The notes under the pieces were generated by a model, which saw only the letters and a list, made by a program, of their open reading frames with translations, searched no databases and was not told where the DNA came from. Positions 33,305 through 41,986 of a stretch of DNA of 64,000 bases are shown here, piece by piece. The position numbers were made by a program, and so were the translations under genes. Position 1 is the stretch's first letter, and every line of letters starts with the position of its first letter. Source of the stretch: Alphaproteobacteria bacterium (GTDB lineage: Bacteria > Pseudomonadota > Alphaproteobacteria > Bin95). The stretch spans positions 352,001 through 416,000 of the forward strand of contig OZ219788.1 in the NCBI GenBank assembly GCA_964291285.2, given 5' to 3'.

Positions 33305-33628
33305 ATGACGGATGAGATCAGCATCGCCTTCAGGACGGCCGATGGAGAGACGTTCCATGTGAGCGGCAAGCCGGGCGCAACCGTGATGGAGACCGCCATC
33401 ATGAACGACGTGCCGGGGATCGAGGCCGAATGCGGCGGCGCCTGCGCCTGCGCGACCTGCCATGTGTACGCCCCGGAGAGCGTCGGGCCGGCGGACGATC
33501 CCTACGAGCTGGACATGCTGGACTTCACGGCGGACGAACGGCGCCCGAGCAGCCGGCTTTCCTGCCAGATCGAGCTGGAGCCGTCCATGGAAGGAGCGGT
33601 CTTCGACCTGCCGGGCGTGCAGGTCTGA
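33305..33628 (+). CDS. 2Fe-2S ferredoxin (adrenodoxin type)
   Basis: ECGGACACATCH and SRLSCQ. Confidence 0.95.
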   Translation: MTDEISIAFRTADGETFHVSGKPGATVMETAIMNDVPGIEAECGGACACATCHVYAPESVGPADDPYELDMLDFTADERRPSSRLSCQIELEPSMEGAVFDLPGVQV

Positions 33629-34890
33629 TGTCCGGCACCGTCATCGTCGGCGCCGGCCATGCCGGGGTGCAGGCGGCCGTCTCGCTGCGCCAGGCGGGCT
33701 ATGAGGAGCCGATCCGCCTGATCGGCGAGGAGGATTGCCCGCCCTATCACCGGCCGCCGCTCTCCAAGGCGATGCTGGCGGGCGAGAAGCAGCCGGAACA
33801 GATTGCGCTTCGGGGTCCGGACTATTTCGACCGGAACGGCATCGAGTTCATGCCCGGCGTCCGCGCCCGCGCGCTCGACCCGGCATCGAAGACGGTGCGG
33901 CTGGCCGACGGGAACCTGGCCTACGACAAGGCCGTGATCGCCACCGGAGCCGGCGCGCGGATGCTCGACGGCTTCGAATACGACAATGCCTTCGTTCTCC
34001 GGAACATGCGGGACGCGCTTTCCCTGCAGGATGCGCTGACCCCCGGAGCGAAGCTTGTCGTTGTCGGTGGCGGCTTCATCGGCCTTGAGGTGGCCGCCAC
34101 GGCGCGCAAGCTGGGGCTCGCGGTCGATGTCGTCGAAATGCAGGACCGGCTGCTGGCGCGCGCGATTCCCGCGGCCCTGTCCGATTACATCTGTCGACGG
34201 CACCGCGCCGAGGGCGTGCGCATTCACCTCGCTGCGCAGATCGACAGGGTCGTCGCGGAGGACGGCCGGATTGCCTCTGTGGCGCTTTCGAACGGCGCCA
34301 GCCTGGCGGCCGACCTGGTCCTGATCGGTGTGGGCAACGCGCCTGAAATCGGCCTGGCGGCGGAAGCCGGGGCCGGCACGGCGATGGGCGGAATCCTGGT
34401 GGACGGGGCCATGCGGACGACGCTTCCGGACGTGTACGCCATAGGAGATTGCACGGCTTTCGACCTTCCGGTCGCGGGCAGCCGCGTCAGGCTCGAATCG
34501 GTGCAGAACGCCGTCGATCAGGGCCGGACGGTCGCCCGGCAGATTACGGGACAGGGCGGATCATACGACTCCGTGCCGTGGTTCTGGAGCGACCAGTTCG
34601 ACATGAAGCTCCAGATGACGGGCCTCTCGCTTCCCGGAAGCGGGTTCACGGTCCGCGGCGATGTCGAAAGCGGCAGCTTCAGCCTGATCGAGACGCTGGG
34701 CAACCGCCTCGTCGCCGTCTATTCCGTCAATGCGGTCGCCGACCACATGGCCTCGCGCCGGATGGTCGGCGAGCCCGGCCGGTTCGACAGGTCTGCGGCA
34801 GCGGATCCGGACACGCCGCTCAAGGCATGTCTGGCGCCGCCGGCGGGTCCGTCGCGCCGGGCAGCCCGAACTGCAGGAGCCGAACCATGA
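33628..34890 (+). CDS. NAD(P)/FAD-dependent ferredoxin reductase
   Basis: GAGHAG, YHRPPLSK, GGGFIGLE, RLESVQNA, PWFWSDQF. Confidence 0.95.
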   Translation: MSGTVIVGAGHAGVQAAVSLRQAGYEEPIRLIGEEDCPPYHRPPLSKAMLAGEKQPEQIALRGPDYFDRNGIEFMPGVRARALDPASKTVRLADGNLAYDKAVIATGAGARMLDGFEYDNAFVLRNMRDALSLQDALTPGAKLVVVGGGFIGLEVAATARKLGLAVDVVEMQDRLLARAIPAALSDYICRRHRAEGVRIHLAAQIDRVVAEDGRIASVALSNGASLAADLVLIGVGNAPEIGLAAEAGAGTAMGGILVDGAMRTTLPDVYAIGDCTAFDLPVAGSRVRLESVQNAVDQGRTVARQITGQGGSYDSVPWFWSDQFDMKLQMTGLSLPGSGFTVRGDVESGSFSLIETLGNRLVAVYSVNAVADHMASRRMVGEPGRFDRSAAADPDTPLKACLAPPAGPSRRAARTAGAEP

Positions 34891-36203
34891 TCAGCCGGGA
34901 ACTGAACGATCGGCTCACCCGCACAGGCAAGGGCCGGCCCGCGGGCGAGGTGCTGCGCCGCTACTGGCAGCCGGCGGCTCTGGCGGAGGAACTGGACGGC
35001 GGGCGCCCGGTGGTGCCGGTGACGCTTCTGGGCGAGCGGCTGGTGCTGTTTCGCGACGACGAGGGCGAACTCGGCCTGATCGGCCGGCACTGCCGGCACC
35101 GGGGCGCGGACCTTTGCTTCGGCCGCCGGGAAGACAACGGCCTGCGCTGCCCGTTCCACGGCTGGCTGTACGGCCGCGACGGCCGGTGCCTGGAGCAACC
35201 GGGAGAGCCCGAGGGCTCGCGGATGCGCGAACGGATCCGGGCGACCTCCTATCCGGTGGTCGAAAAGAACGGCGTCGTCTTCGCCTATCTGGGTCCGGGG
35301 GAGCCGCCGGCCTTTCCCAACTTCGACTGTTTCCGGGCGCCGGCCTCCCATGTCTTCGCGTTCAAGGGCCTGTGGGAGTGCAACTGGCTGCAGGCGCTGG
35401 AAATCGGCATCGACCCCGCGCACGCCTCCTTCCTGCACCGCTTCCTGGAAGACGAGGACCCGGAGGACGGCTATGGCAGGCAGTTCCGGGACAGCGCCGC
35501 GGCCGGCTCCAACATCCCCATGACCCGGCTGCTGCGGGACTATCCGCGCCCCGAGATCAGGGTGGAGGAAACGGATTTCGGCCTCAGGCTGACCACGCTC
35601 AGGCATATGGAAAACGGCCTGACCCATGTGCGCGTCACCAACCAGATCTTTCCCGGGGCGGTCTGCATCCCGATGAGCCGCGAAATGACGATCACCCAGT
35701 GGCATGTGCCGTTCGATGACGAGACCTGCTACTGGTATTCGATGTTCACCAGCTTCGACCGGCCGGTGGACAAGGACATGATGCGCGCGCAAAGGCTGAA
35801 GGAGCACAGCCTGCCCGGCTACGCGCCGCTGAAGAACCGGCGCAACAATTACGGATACGATCCGGAGGAACAGGCCAACCGGACCTGGACCGGCATGGGC
35901 TTCGACATCAATGTGCATGACCAGTGGGCCGTCGAGGGCATGGGCCCGATTCAGGACCGCACCGAAGAGCATCTGGGCGGCACCGATATAGGCATCATCC
36001 GCTACCGCAGGCTGCTGCAGGCGGCGATGGAGGGCCTGGCCGCGGGCGACGCCGCCGCCCTGCCGATGCTGAACCGCGACGCGGCCCGGATCGCCGGGCC
36101 CTTGTCCAACGACGCCATCGCGGACACGGCGGACTGGGAGACCGCCAGCATGCGCGCCGACGGGGAGCGCCGCGCCGCGTGCCCCTGGGATGCGTCTCTC
36201 TAG
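34887..36203 (+). CDS. Rieske aromatic ring-hydroxylating oxygenase alpha subunit (phthalate 4,5-dioxygenase-like)
   Basis: CRHRGA...CPFHGW Rieske motif; DPAHASFLH iron-binding motif. Confidence 0.93.
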   Translation: MISRELNDRLTRTGKGRPAGEVLRRYWQPAALAEELDGGRPVVPVTLLGERLVLFRDDEGELGLIGRHCRHRGADLCFGRREDNGLRCPFHGWLYGRDGRCLEQPGEPEGSRMRERIRATSYPVVEKNGVVFAYLGPGEPPAFPNFDCFRAPASHVFAFKGLWECNWLQALEIGIDPAHASFLHRFLEDEDPEDGYGRQFRDSAAAGSNIPMTRLLRDYPRPEIRVEETDFGLRLTTLRHMENGLTHVRVTNQIFPGAVCIPMSREMTITQWHVPFDDETCYWYSMFTSFDRPVDKDMMRAQRLKEHSLPGYAPLKNRRNNYGYDPEEQANRTWTGMGFDINVHDQWAVEGMGPIQDRTEEHLGGTDIGIIRYRRLLQAAMEGLAAGDAAALPMLNRDAARIAGPLSNDAIADTADWETASMRADGERRAACPWDASL

Positions 36204-36209
36204 GCGGGC

Positions 36210-37661
36210 ATGAGCCCCGTTGAAGACAGGATAAGGGCGGGCGCGCTCGCAGGCTTCGGGGCGTATTCCGGGGAGGATATCGCCCGTGCGGCAGAGATCG
36301 TTGCCCTGGTCGAAGCGGAGGGGATCGAGACCGTTCGCACGGTCCTGGCCGATCCGCACGGCATATTGCGCGGCAAGACGATTACCGCCGAGGCGCTGAC
36401 GGACGCGTTTGCCTCCGGCGTTCGCGCCCCGAGCACCCTGCTGCTCAAGGATGTCTCGCACCGGACCGTGTTTTCCGTCTGGTCGGATGCCGGCGACGCG
36501 CCGATGCCTGGAGCAAGCGACCTGCTGCTTGTGCCCTTGCCGGATACATTCCGCCGGCTGCCCTGGTCGCCGCATTCCGCGCTGATCCATTGCGATGTGG
36601 CCAGGACTGCGGGGCAGCCCGTGTCCTTTGCCTCCCGCCGGGTCCTGCGCGCCGCTTGCGACCGGCTGTCCGAACGGGGCATGCGGGCGGTTATGGGCCT
36701 GGAAGTGGAGTTCCAGGTCTTCGAAGTCACGGATCCCGCGCTTGAGCACGCCGACACCACCATGCCGGCCCGCCCGCCCGTGACGCGCGCGCTGAACCAG
36801 GGCTACCAGTATCTGACGGAGACCCGCTACGGCGAGAACGAAGCGCTTCTCGACAAACTCCGCCGCAACGCGCAGGCCATGAGCATGCCGGTGCGCAGCG
36901 TCGAGATCGAAATGGGGCCGGGCCAGTTCGAGTTCACCTTCGCTGCTGGCGATCCGATGACGATTGCCGACATGGCCGTCAATTTCCGCACGATGGTCAA
37001 GGAGGTCTGCCGCCGGGAGGGGCTGCTGGCCTCGTTCATGGCGCGGCCGAGGCTGCCCAACGCGGCGAGCAACGGCTGGCATATCCACCAGTCGCTCGCG
37101 GATGCGAACGGCCGGAACCTCTTCACGCCCGGAGCGGACGGCGCGCTGACGCCCGCGGCAGGCGGCTGGATCGCGGGGCTGCTGCGCCATGCCGCGGCCT
37201 CGTGCATCGCGACGACGCCGACGGTGAACGGCTACAAGCGCTACACGGCCTATCTGCTGGCGCCCGACCGCATCGGCTGGGCGGAGGACAATCGCGGCGC
37301 CATGCTGCGCACGCTCCTGGCTCCCGGCGGTCCGGCAAGCCGGGTGGAGAACCGCGCGCCGGACAGCACCGCCAACCCGTATTTCGCGCTCGCTTTCCAG
37401 ATCCTCTCCGGACTGGACGGGCTGGAGAGGCGCCTCGCCGCGCCGCCGCCGCTTTCCAGGCCCTATGACGACGAGGACGCCGAGCGCCTGCCCGCGAGCC
37501 TGCTGGCCGCCATCGAGCATTTCGAGGCGTCGGAGATGTATCGCGCCGCGCTCGGGGACGGCTTCGTGTCCTATCTGGCGCGGCTCAAGCGCGCCGAATG
37601 GGACCGTTACCTGATGACCGTCTCGGAATGGGAGCAGGCGGAGTATTTCACCGCCTTCTGA
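36210..37661 (+). CDS. Glutamine synthetase-family gamma-glutamyl ligase
   Basis: GLEVEF, EMGPGQFE, NGWHIHQSL, VENRAPD..ANPY. Confidence 0.92.
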   Translation: MSPVEDRIRAGALAGFGAYSGEDIARAAEIVALVEAEGIETVRTVLADPHGILRGKTITAEALTDAFASGVRAPSTLLLKDVSHRTVFSVWSDAGDAPMPGASDLLLVPLPDTFRRLPWSPHSALIHCDVARTAGQPVSFASRRVLRAACDRLSERGMRAVMGLEVEFQVFEVTDPALEHADTTMPARPPVTRALNQGYQYLTETRYGENEALLDKLRRNAQAMSMPVRSVEIEMGPGQFEFTFAAGDPMTIADMAVNFRTMVKEVCRREGLLASFMARPRLPNAASNGWHIHQSLADANGRNLFTPGADGALTPAAGGWIAGLLRHAAASCIATTPTVNGYKRYTAYLLAPDRIGWAEDNRGAMLRTLLAPGGPASRVENRAPDSTANPYFALAFQILSGLDGLERRLAAPPPLSRPYDDEDAERLPASLLAAIEHFEASEMYRAALGDGFVSYLARLKRAEWDRYLMTVSEWEQAEYFTAF

Positions 37662-37676
37662 GCTCGACTTTGTGCA

Positions 37677-39083
37677 TTATGCTGCGAAGCAGAGGGCGTA
37701 CTGCATCCGCCTTATCTTGTCGGGCGGAATTATGTTTGGTTCCCGGTGTGGCGGGGAGCGCGATAAATTGTTTCCAAGCCAGAGTTGGCATCGTATGGCC
37801 GCGATTGCATCGGAGAATGTGACGCTGGTTTTCTGGTACCAGGCGGCGGCGTAGGACAGGTGGTTTGTCGAGAGCACGTCTGTGGCCCAGAGGCAGACGA
37901 GGCTGTAGAGCCCGCAGAGGACGGGGGTGGTTCGTGCGATCGCCGCGTGTGACCACTGGCGTTGTGTTTCGAGCCCGAGATGGGCGCGCAGTTCCTGGAA
38001 GGTGACCTCGACCTGCCAGCGCCGCACGAAGGTGGCGATGATCTTGGCCGGCTCCATGTTGGTGTCGGTGCAGAAGAACGCCTGCGGGTCCCGCTCGCCT
38101 TCCGGGTCTCGCACCAGCACCCATCGGATGGCCTTGGGAGGTGTGCCGGGACGATACCAGAGCGCGGTATCGGAGATGATCTGGAGTGTCTTTTCCTTCG
38201 AACTTCCGTACCAGCGCGGAAGCGTGATGCTTGTCCAGCGGGCATCGGGGTCGTCAAGGCGGGTCTGGAGCTTGGGCAGGGGCGGCCCCTTTTGCCGGGG
38301 TCGACCGCGTTTGTTCGGGTCGCGCGGCGGCGGGGGCGCGAAGAGGTTGGCATCGAGCCTCAGCCTGCTGATGAGGGTTGCGCGCTGTCCGATGCGCCAG
38401 GCGAGTTCGTGGGTTCCGAAACTGCTGTCGGCGACGAAGACGATCGCGCGTTGCGGGACCCAGCGAAGGATTTGAAGCATGCCCTGTCGCGCCCAGTCGG
38501 TGAGTTGCTTGTGACGCCGGCCTTGCCTGGCGGCGAAGCGTTCGGACGGGGCCAGGATGGTCAGGAAGGGCAGGGCCCTGATGCCCGGCGACCAGGGCAG
38601 CGGGACAAGCAGCATGAAGCTGAGCCAGCGCAGCCCGCTGGTCTTGACGAAATGGCCATGGCTGGAACGCACCGGGTCGCGATAGATGCCGCGCGCCTTG
38701 ATACGCGCGCCCCAGCGGCGCTCGATGGTGTCATCGAGCCCGATGATGATCGGTCCCTGCCCGGCAAGCCGCGCCACCAGCACGAGCACGAGCCGGCGTG
38801 AAAGGTCACGCGGGTCCCAGCGGGCGCGATTGAGAACCTGATGGTAGGACGAGAATGTCTCGCACATCGCCCGCCCGGTCACCCGCAGGCAGGCCGACAC
38901 GGTTCTCTTGCCCGGCGCCAGCAACGCTCCCATGACCAGAACCGCCACCAGCCGCCAGGTCGGGGATGAGAAGGCGCCTCGAAAGGGCTCCAGCCAGTCG
39001 ATCAGGAACGGCGGAACCGGATCGCCGATGGCGCTCGAAGGGTCGTCGAAATGTGTCATGACGACCTTCGAATCCAGAAGCAT
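37677..39083 (-). CDS. IS701-like DDE transposase
   Basis: IGLDDTIERRWG, FVADSSF, RWQVEVTFQE. Confidence 0.88.
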   Translation of the reverse strand: MLLDSKVVMTHFDDPSSAIGDPVPPFLIDWLEPFRGAFSSPTWRLVAVLVMGALLAPGKRTVSACLRVTGRAMCETFSSYHQVLNRARWDPRDLSRRLVLVLVARLAGQGPIIIGLDDTIERRWGARIKARGIYRDPVRSSHGHFVKTSGLRWLSFMLLVPLPWSPGIRALPFLTILAPSERFAARQGRRHKQLTDWARQGMLQILRWVPQRAIVFVADSSFGTHELAWRIGQRATLISRLRLDANLFAPPPPRDPNKRGRPRQKGPPLPKLQTRLDDPDARWTSITLPRWYGSSKEKTLQIISDTALWYRPGTPPKAIRWVLVRDPEGERDPQAFFCTDTNMEPAKIIATFVRRWQVEVTFQELRAHLGLETQRQWSHAAIARTTPVLCGLYSLVCLWATDVLSTNHLSYAAAWYQKTSVTFSDAIAAIRCQLWLGNNLSRSPPHREPNIIPPDKIRRMQYALCFAA

Positions 39084-39168
39084 CCGGCATGCAAGGGCGC
39101 CCGCATGCGACCGGGTGAATCAGCATCGCTGCAGCGACAGAAGCCATCCAATCCGATATCACTGCTTC

Positions 39169-39456
39169 ATGGCCGCATCCGACCCCTGTCTGGCGCGCAT
39201 CGAAGCGTTCAACAAATCCAGGGGCGGGGGCGTGACGGTCACCAGGGTGCGCGGCGGCTACAATCTGTATCTCACGGCCACGCAGGCACCGATCGCAAGG
39301 CTCCAGCCGAAAGGCTCAGGTGACAAGATGAGGGTGCGCTACTGGTCCTGGCGCCAGTCCTGGCAGGACGTCGGAGACATGGGGGGCATCGTGCTCCCGC
39401 TCGAACAGGCCCTCGACGAAATCGCCAAAAACGAGATCTTCTGGACATGGACGTGA
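39169..39456 (+). CDS. Small passenger protein inside the IS (DUF3024-like)
   Basis: 95 aa; PIARL...RYWSWRQSW...LEQALDEIAKNEIFW; lies within the inverted repeats. Confidence 0.65.
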   Translation: MAASDPCLARIEAFNKSRGGGVTVTRVRGGYNLYLTATQAPIARLQPKGSGDKMRVRYWSWRQSWQDVGDMGGIVLPLEQALDEIAKNEIFWTWT

Positions 39457-39503
39457 GGTAATTTTGTACAAAGTCGAGCTGAGCCGTCCCGGCCGTCCTT
39501 GTC

Positions 39504-40367
39504 CTATTCGGCTGCGGCCCCGCTCCGCCCCATGATGACCTCCGTCTGGTCGTCCGGCACATAGAAATAGGAGCCGGGGCGGAAATCGTAGCCGAGGTCG
39601 CCCATCAGGCGGCGCTGGCGCGGCGTCGCCCGCTGGGTCAGCGCGTGCGAGCCGTTATAGTCATAGGCGCGCAAGAACATCTGCGAATAGTTGTAGAGCA
39701 GCGTCTTGCGCGCGCGGCCGGACTTGTTGGGCGCCGGCCCGTGCCAAAGGGCGTGGGAGAAGATGAAGCAGTCGCCCGCCTTGCCCTCCAGATGCACCGC
39801 GCCCGGCGATTGCGGGGACAATGGCGGCTGGCGGTCCCAGGGGAAGGGGCGCATGTGGCTGCCGGGATACACGGTGAAATTGCCGGCATCGCGGCCTTCC
39901 ACGTCGGTCAGCAGGTAGAGCGCCTTGACCGCGATGGGCCGGCTGGTCTCCGTCACCCGCACCTCGCGCTGCCCTTCGCCGCCGTCGGTGTGGGTGAAGC
40001 CCTCGAACCCGTCGCCGGAAGCGCGCACGATCGCCTGCGACATGCTGAAGGCGAGGTTCGGCCCCATGATGTCCACGATCAGGTCGAACACCGGCGCATG
40101 GTCGATGAGGTCGATGAAGGCCTGGTCGTAGGAGAGCAGGTCGCGCCGGTCCATGAAGGCTTCCGGGTTCTGGTCGGCGCATTGCTCGACCCATCCGTAA
40201 TGGCCGCGCGGCAGCATGCCCGACAGGGGCTCGTAGCCGGGGCGCTTGCGGATTTCGTCGATCCTGTCCGAGAAGAGAGCCACCTGGTCGGGCGGCAGTG
40301 CACCCTCGACCAGCAGATAGCCGTCGATATTCCAGTTGCGGCGTTGTTCGGGGGTCAGCGTCTGCAT
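39504..40367 (-). CDS. Phytanoyl-CoA dioxygenase (PhyH) family protein
   Basis: DGYLLVEGAL, HTD, VYPGSH, GDCFIFSHALWHG..PN. Confidence 0.9.
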   Translation of the reverse strand: MQTLTPEQRRNWNIDGYLLVEGALPPDQVALFSDRIDEIRKRPGYEPLSGMLPRGHYGWVEQCADQNPEAFMDRRDLLSYDQAFIDLIDHAPVFDLIVDIMGPNLAFSMSQAIVRASGDGFEGFTHTDGGEGQREVRVTETSRPIAVKALYLLTDVEGRDAGNFTVYPGSHMRPFPWDRQPPLSPQSPGAVHLEGKAGDCFIFSHALWHGPAPNKSGRARKTLLYNYSQMFLRAYDYNGSHALTQRATPRQRRLMGDLGYDFRPGSYFYVPDDQTEVIMGRSGAAAE

Positions 40368-40440
40368 TTCAATTGGCTCCGTCGCGGCCGGACTTCCCGG
40401 ATTATTCGCTGCCGCGCGCTCCGTTTCAACCGTCTTCCGC

Positions 40441-41022
40441 TTACGGCGGGAGCAGGGCGGCCAGGCAGGCCTCGGCGACCCAGCGCGGCGGCGGCCCGTC
40501 CGGAAAGACGGCGACTTCGCGGCACGGATTCGCAATGTCGTCGTTACTGTAGAAGCGGGTCTCGTCCGCCAATGCCATGGCGTCGGGCAGGTTCGCCAGC
40601 GAGCGCGCGAAACGCCGGCGCACATCCGCCTCCGGCACGTCATGGCCGCCAGCCCGGACGCGGCAACGAATGCGGCGCAGACTGGCTTCGGCGGATTGAA
40701 GGCGGACATAGTGCAACTCGACGCGGTAGCCCGCTTCCCGGGCGCTTCGCATCAGCCGCAGCGTATCCCTGCCGGAGAGGGTGGTTTCCTGCACGAGAGT
40801 TTCGCCGGCGGCGATGGCTGCGCGGCGTTTCTGCGCTGTCAGCCGTCCCGCCGCCACTGCGGCCGAAGCGGGATCGTCCGGCGAGAGTTCACGGGCAACT
40901 GCGTCCGGGTCCAGAATCCGCGCATGCCGGAAGCGGGCGGATTTCGTCAGCGTGGATTTGCCGGAGCCGTTGGGACCGGCGACGACGAACAGGGTCGGCA
41001 GGGTTCCGGTCTCCGGCTTCAG
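40441..41022 (-). CDS. Zeta-toxin-like/AAA_33 P-loop kinase; probable non-canonical CTG start
   Basis: The frame of ORF 40441..40857 stays open upstream through LFVVAGPNGSGKST..ILDPD; also ETTLSG and RVRAGGHDVP. CTG at 41022 overlaps the upstream TGA. Confidence 0.82.
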   Translation of the reverse strand: MKPETGTLPTLFVVAGPNGSGKSTLTKSARFRHARILDPDAVARELSPDDPASAAVAAGRLTAQKRRAAIAAGETLVQETTLSGRDTLRLMRSAREAGYRVELHYVRLQSAEASLRRIRCRVRAGGHDVPEADVRRRFARSLANLPDAMALADETRFYSNDDIANPCREVAVFPDGPPPRWVAEACLAALLPP

Positions 41023-41213
41023 TCGTCTTCGGGCGGCGGGATCGGCTCGCCCCTACGGGCCAACACCACGTCGCCGCTTTTGCTGCGGGCGACGAAGCAG
41101 CCGTCCTCGCGGCGCCCGTAGAGCGTCGCTCCCGCCTCGATCTGCGCGGTAAGGTCCGCCTTGATTCGCTCGCGCCAGGCGTCGGTGTGGTCGAGCGACT
41201 CGGACAACGCCAT
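41019..41213 (-). CDS. Small protein, putative antitoxin partner of the P-loop kinase
   Basis: 64 aa; stop overlaps the kinase start. Confidence 0.6.
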   Translation of the reverse strand: MALSESLDHTDAWRERIKADLTAQIEAGATLYGRREDGCFVARSKSGDVVLARRGEPIPPPEDD

Positions 41214-41278
41214 GTCGATCCGTCCCTTGCTGCTGTCAGCGGGCCACTATAGCGCGGCCGGCGCAGGATACGCCACCG

Positions 41279-41986
41279 CTACGGCTCCTGCTTCTCGAAG
41301 GCGGAGAGCGGTTCGTCGAACACGAAGGCCTTGTCGTCCACCGGCTGGTTCGCCGCCACGTTGAAGAGCGTGACCCGCGTCGGCTGGCCGAGCGCGTCCA
41401 CCGCCACCCATCCCGTCAGTTTCAGCGTTCCGGACCGGTCGGCGAAGCTGACGGCGATCCGCCCGTCCTCGGGCGCATCGGCGTCCACGGCCGTGAAGAC
41501 GAGGACGCCGGGCGCGCGGTGGACGTCCACGACCCGGTAGGGGCTGCCCGGCGCCAGCGACACCCTGTCCGCCAGCAGGAACCAGGCGGGCGTGTCCGCC
41601 CAGTCGAGGCGGGTCGCCGTCTGCAGGTCGCGGTCGTAATAGACCAGCTCCGTGCCGTGCGACACCAGCAGGATCGGCGTCGGCGGGTCGTATTCGAAGC
41701 GCATCCGCCCCGGACGCCTGACCTGGAGCCTGCCGGTGGACGCCTCGCCCGACGCATCGAGCTGCACGAAGCGCGCCTGCAGCGTGGTTACGCTGTTGAG
41801 ATAGGCCTCGGCGCGGGCGATGGCGGCGCGGTCGCCGTCGTCGAGCGCGGCGCTGTCGCCCGCGGCCGGCCAGGCGAGCGCGAGGGACAGCAGGCCGGCC
41901 GCGGCGGCGCGGCCCAAACGGCCAAACGCGGCGGCGCGGCCCGAACGGCCAAACGCGGCCACGCGGCCGGGACGGTCAGTCGCCAT
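41279..41986 (-). CDS. lolA: Outer membrane lipoprotein carrier protein
   Basis: [17 protein letters not shown]; directly downstream of ftsK. Confidence 0.9.
   Translation of the reverse strand: MATDRPGRVAAFGRSGRAAAFGRLGRAAAAGLLSLALAWPAAGDSAALDDGDRAAIARAEAYLNSVTTLQARFVQLDASGEASTGRLQVRRPGRMRFEYDPPTPILLVSHGTELVYYDRDLQTATRLDWADTPAWFLLADRVSLAPGSPYRVVDVHRAPGVLVFTAVDADAPEDGRIAVSFADRSGTLKLTGWVAVDALGQPTRVTLFNVAANQPVDDKAFVFDEPLSAFEKQEP

Larger units (their letters stand above)
37663..39478 (-). mobile_element. IS701-like insertion sequence with a passenger ORF
   Basis: Terminal inverted repeats CTCGACTTTGT...ACAAAGTCGAG and a 5-bp duplication CTGAG at 37658-37662 and 39479-39483. Confidence 0.9.
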
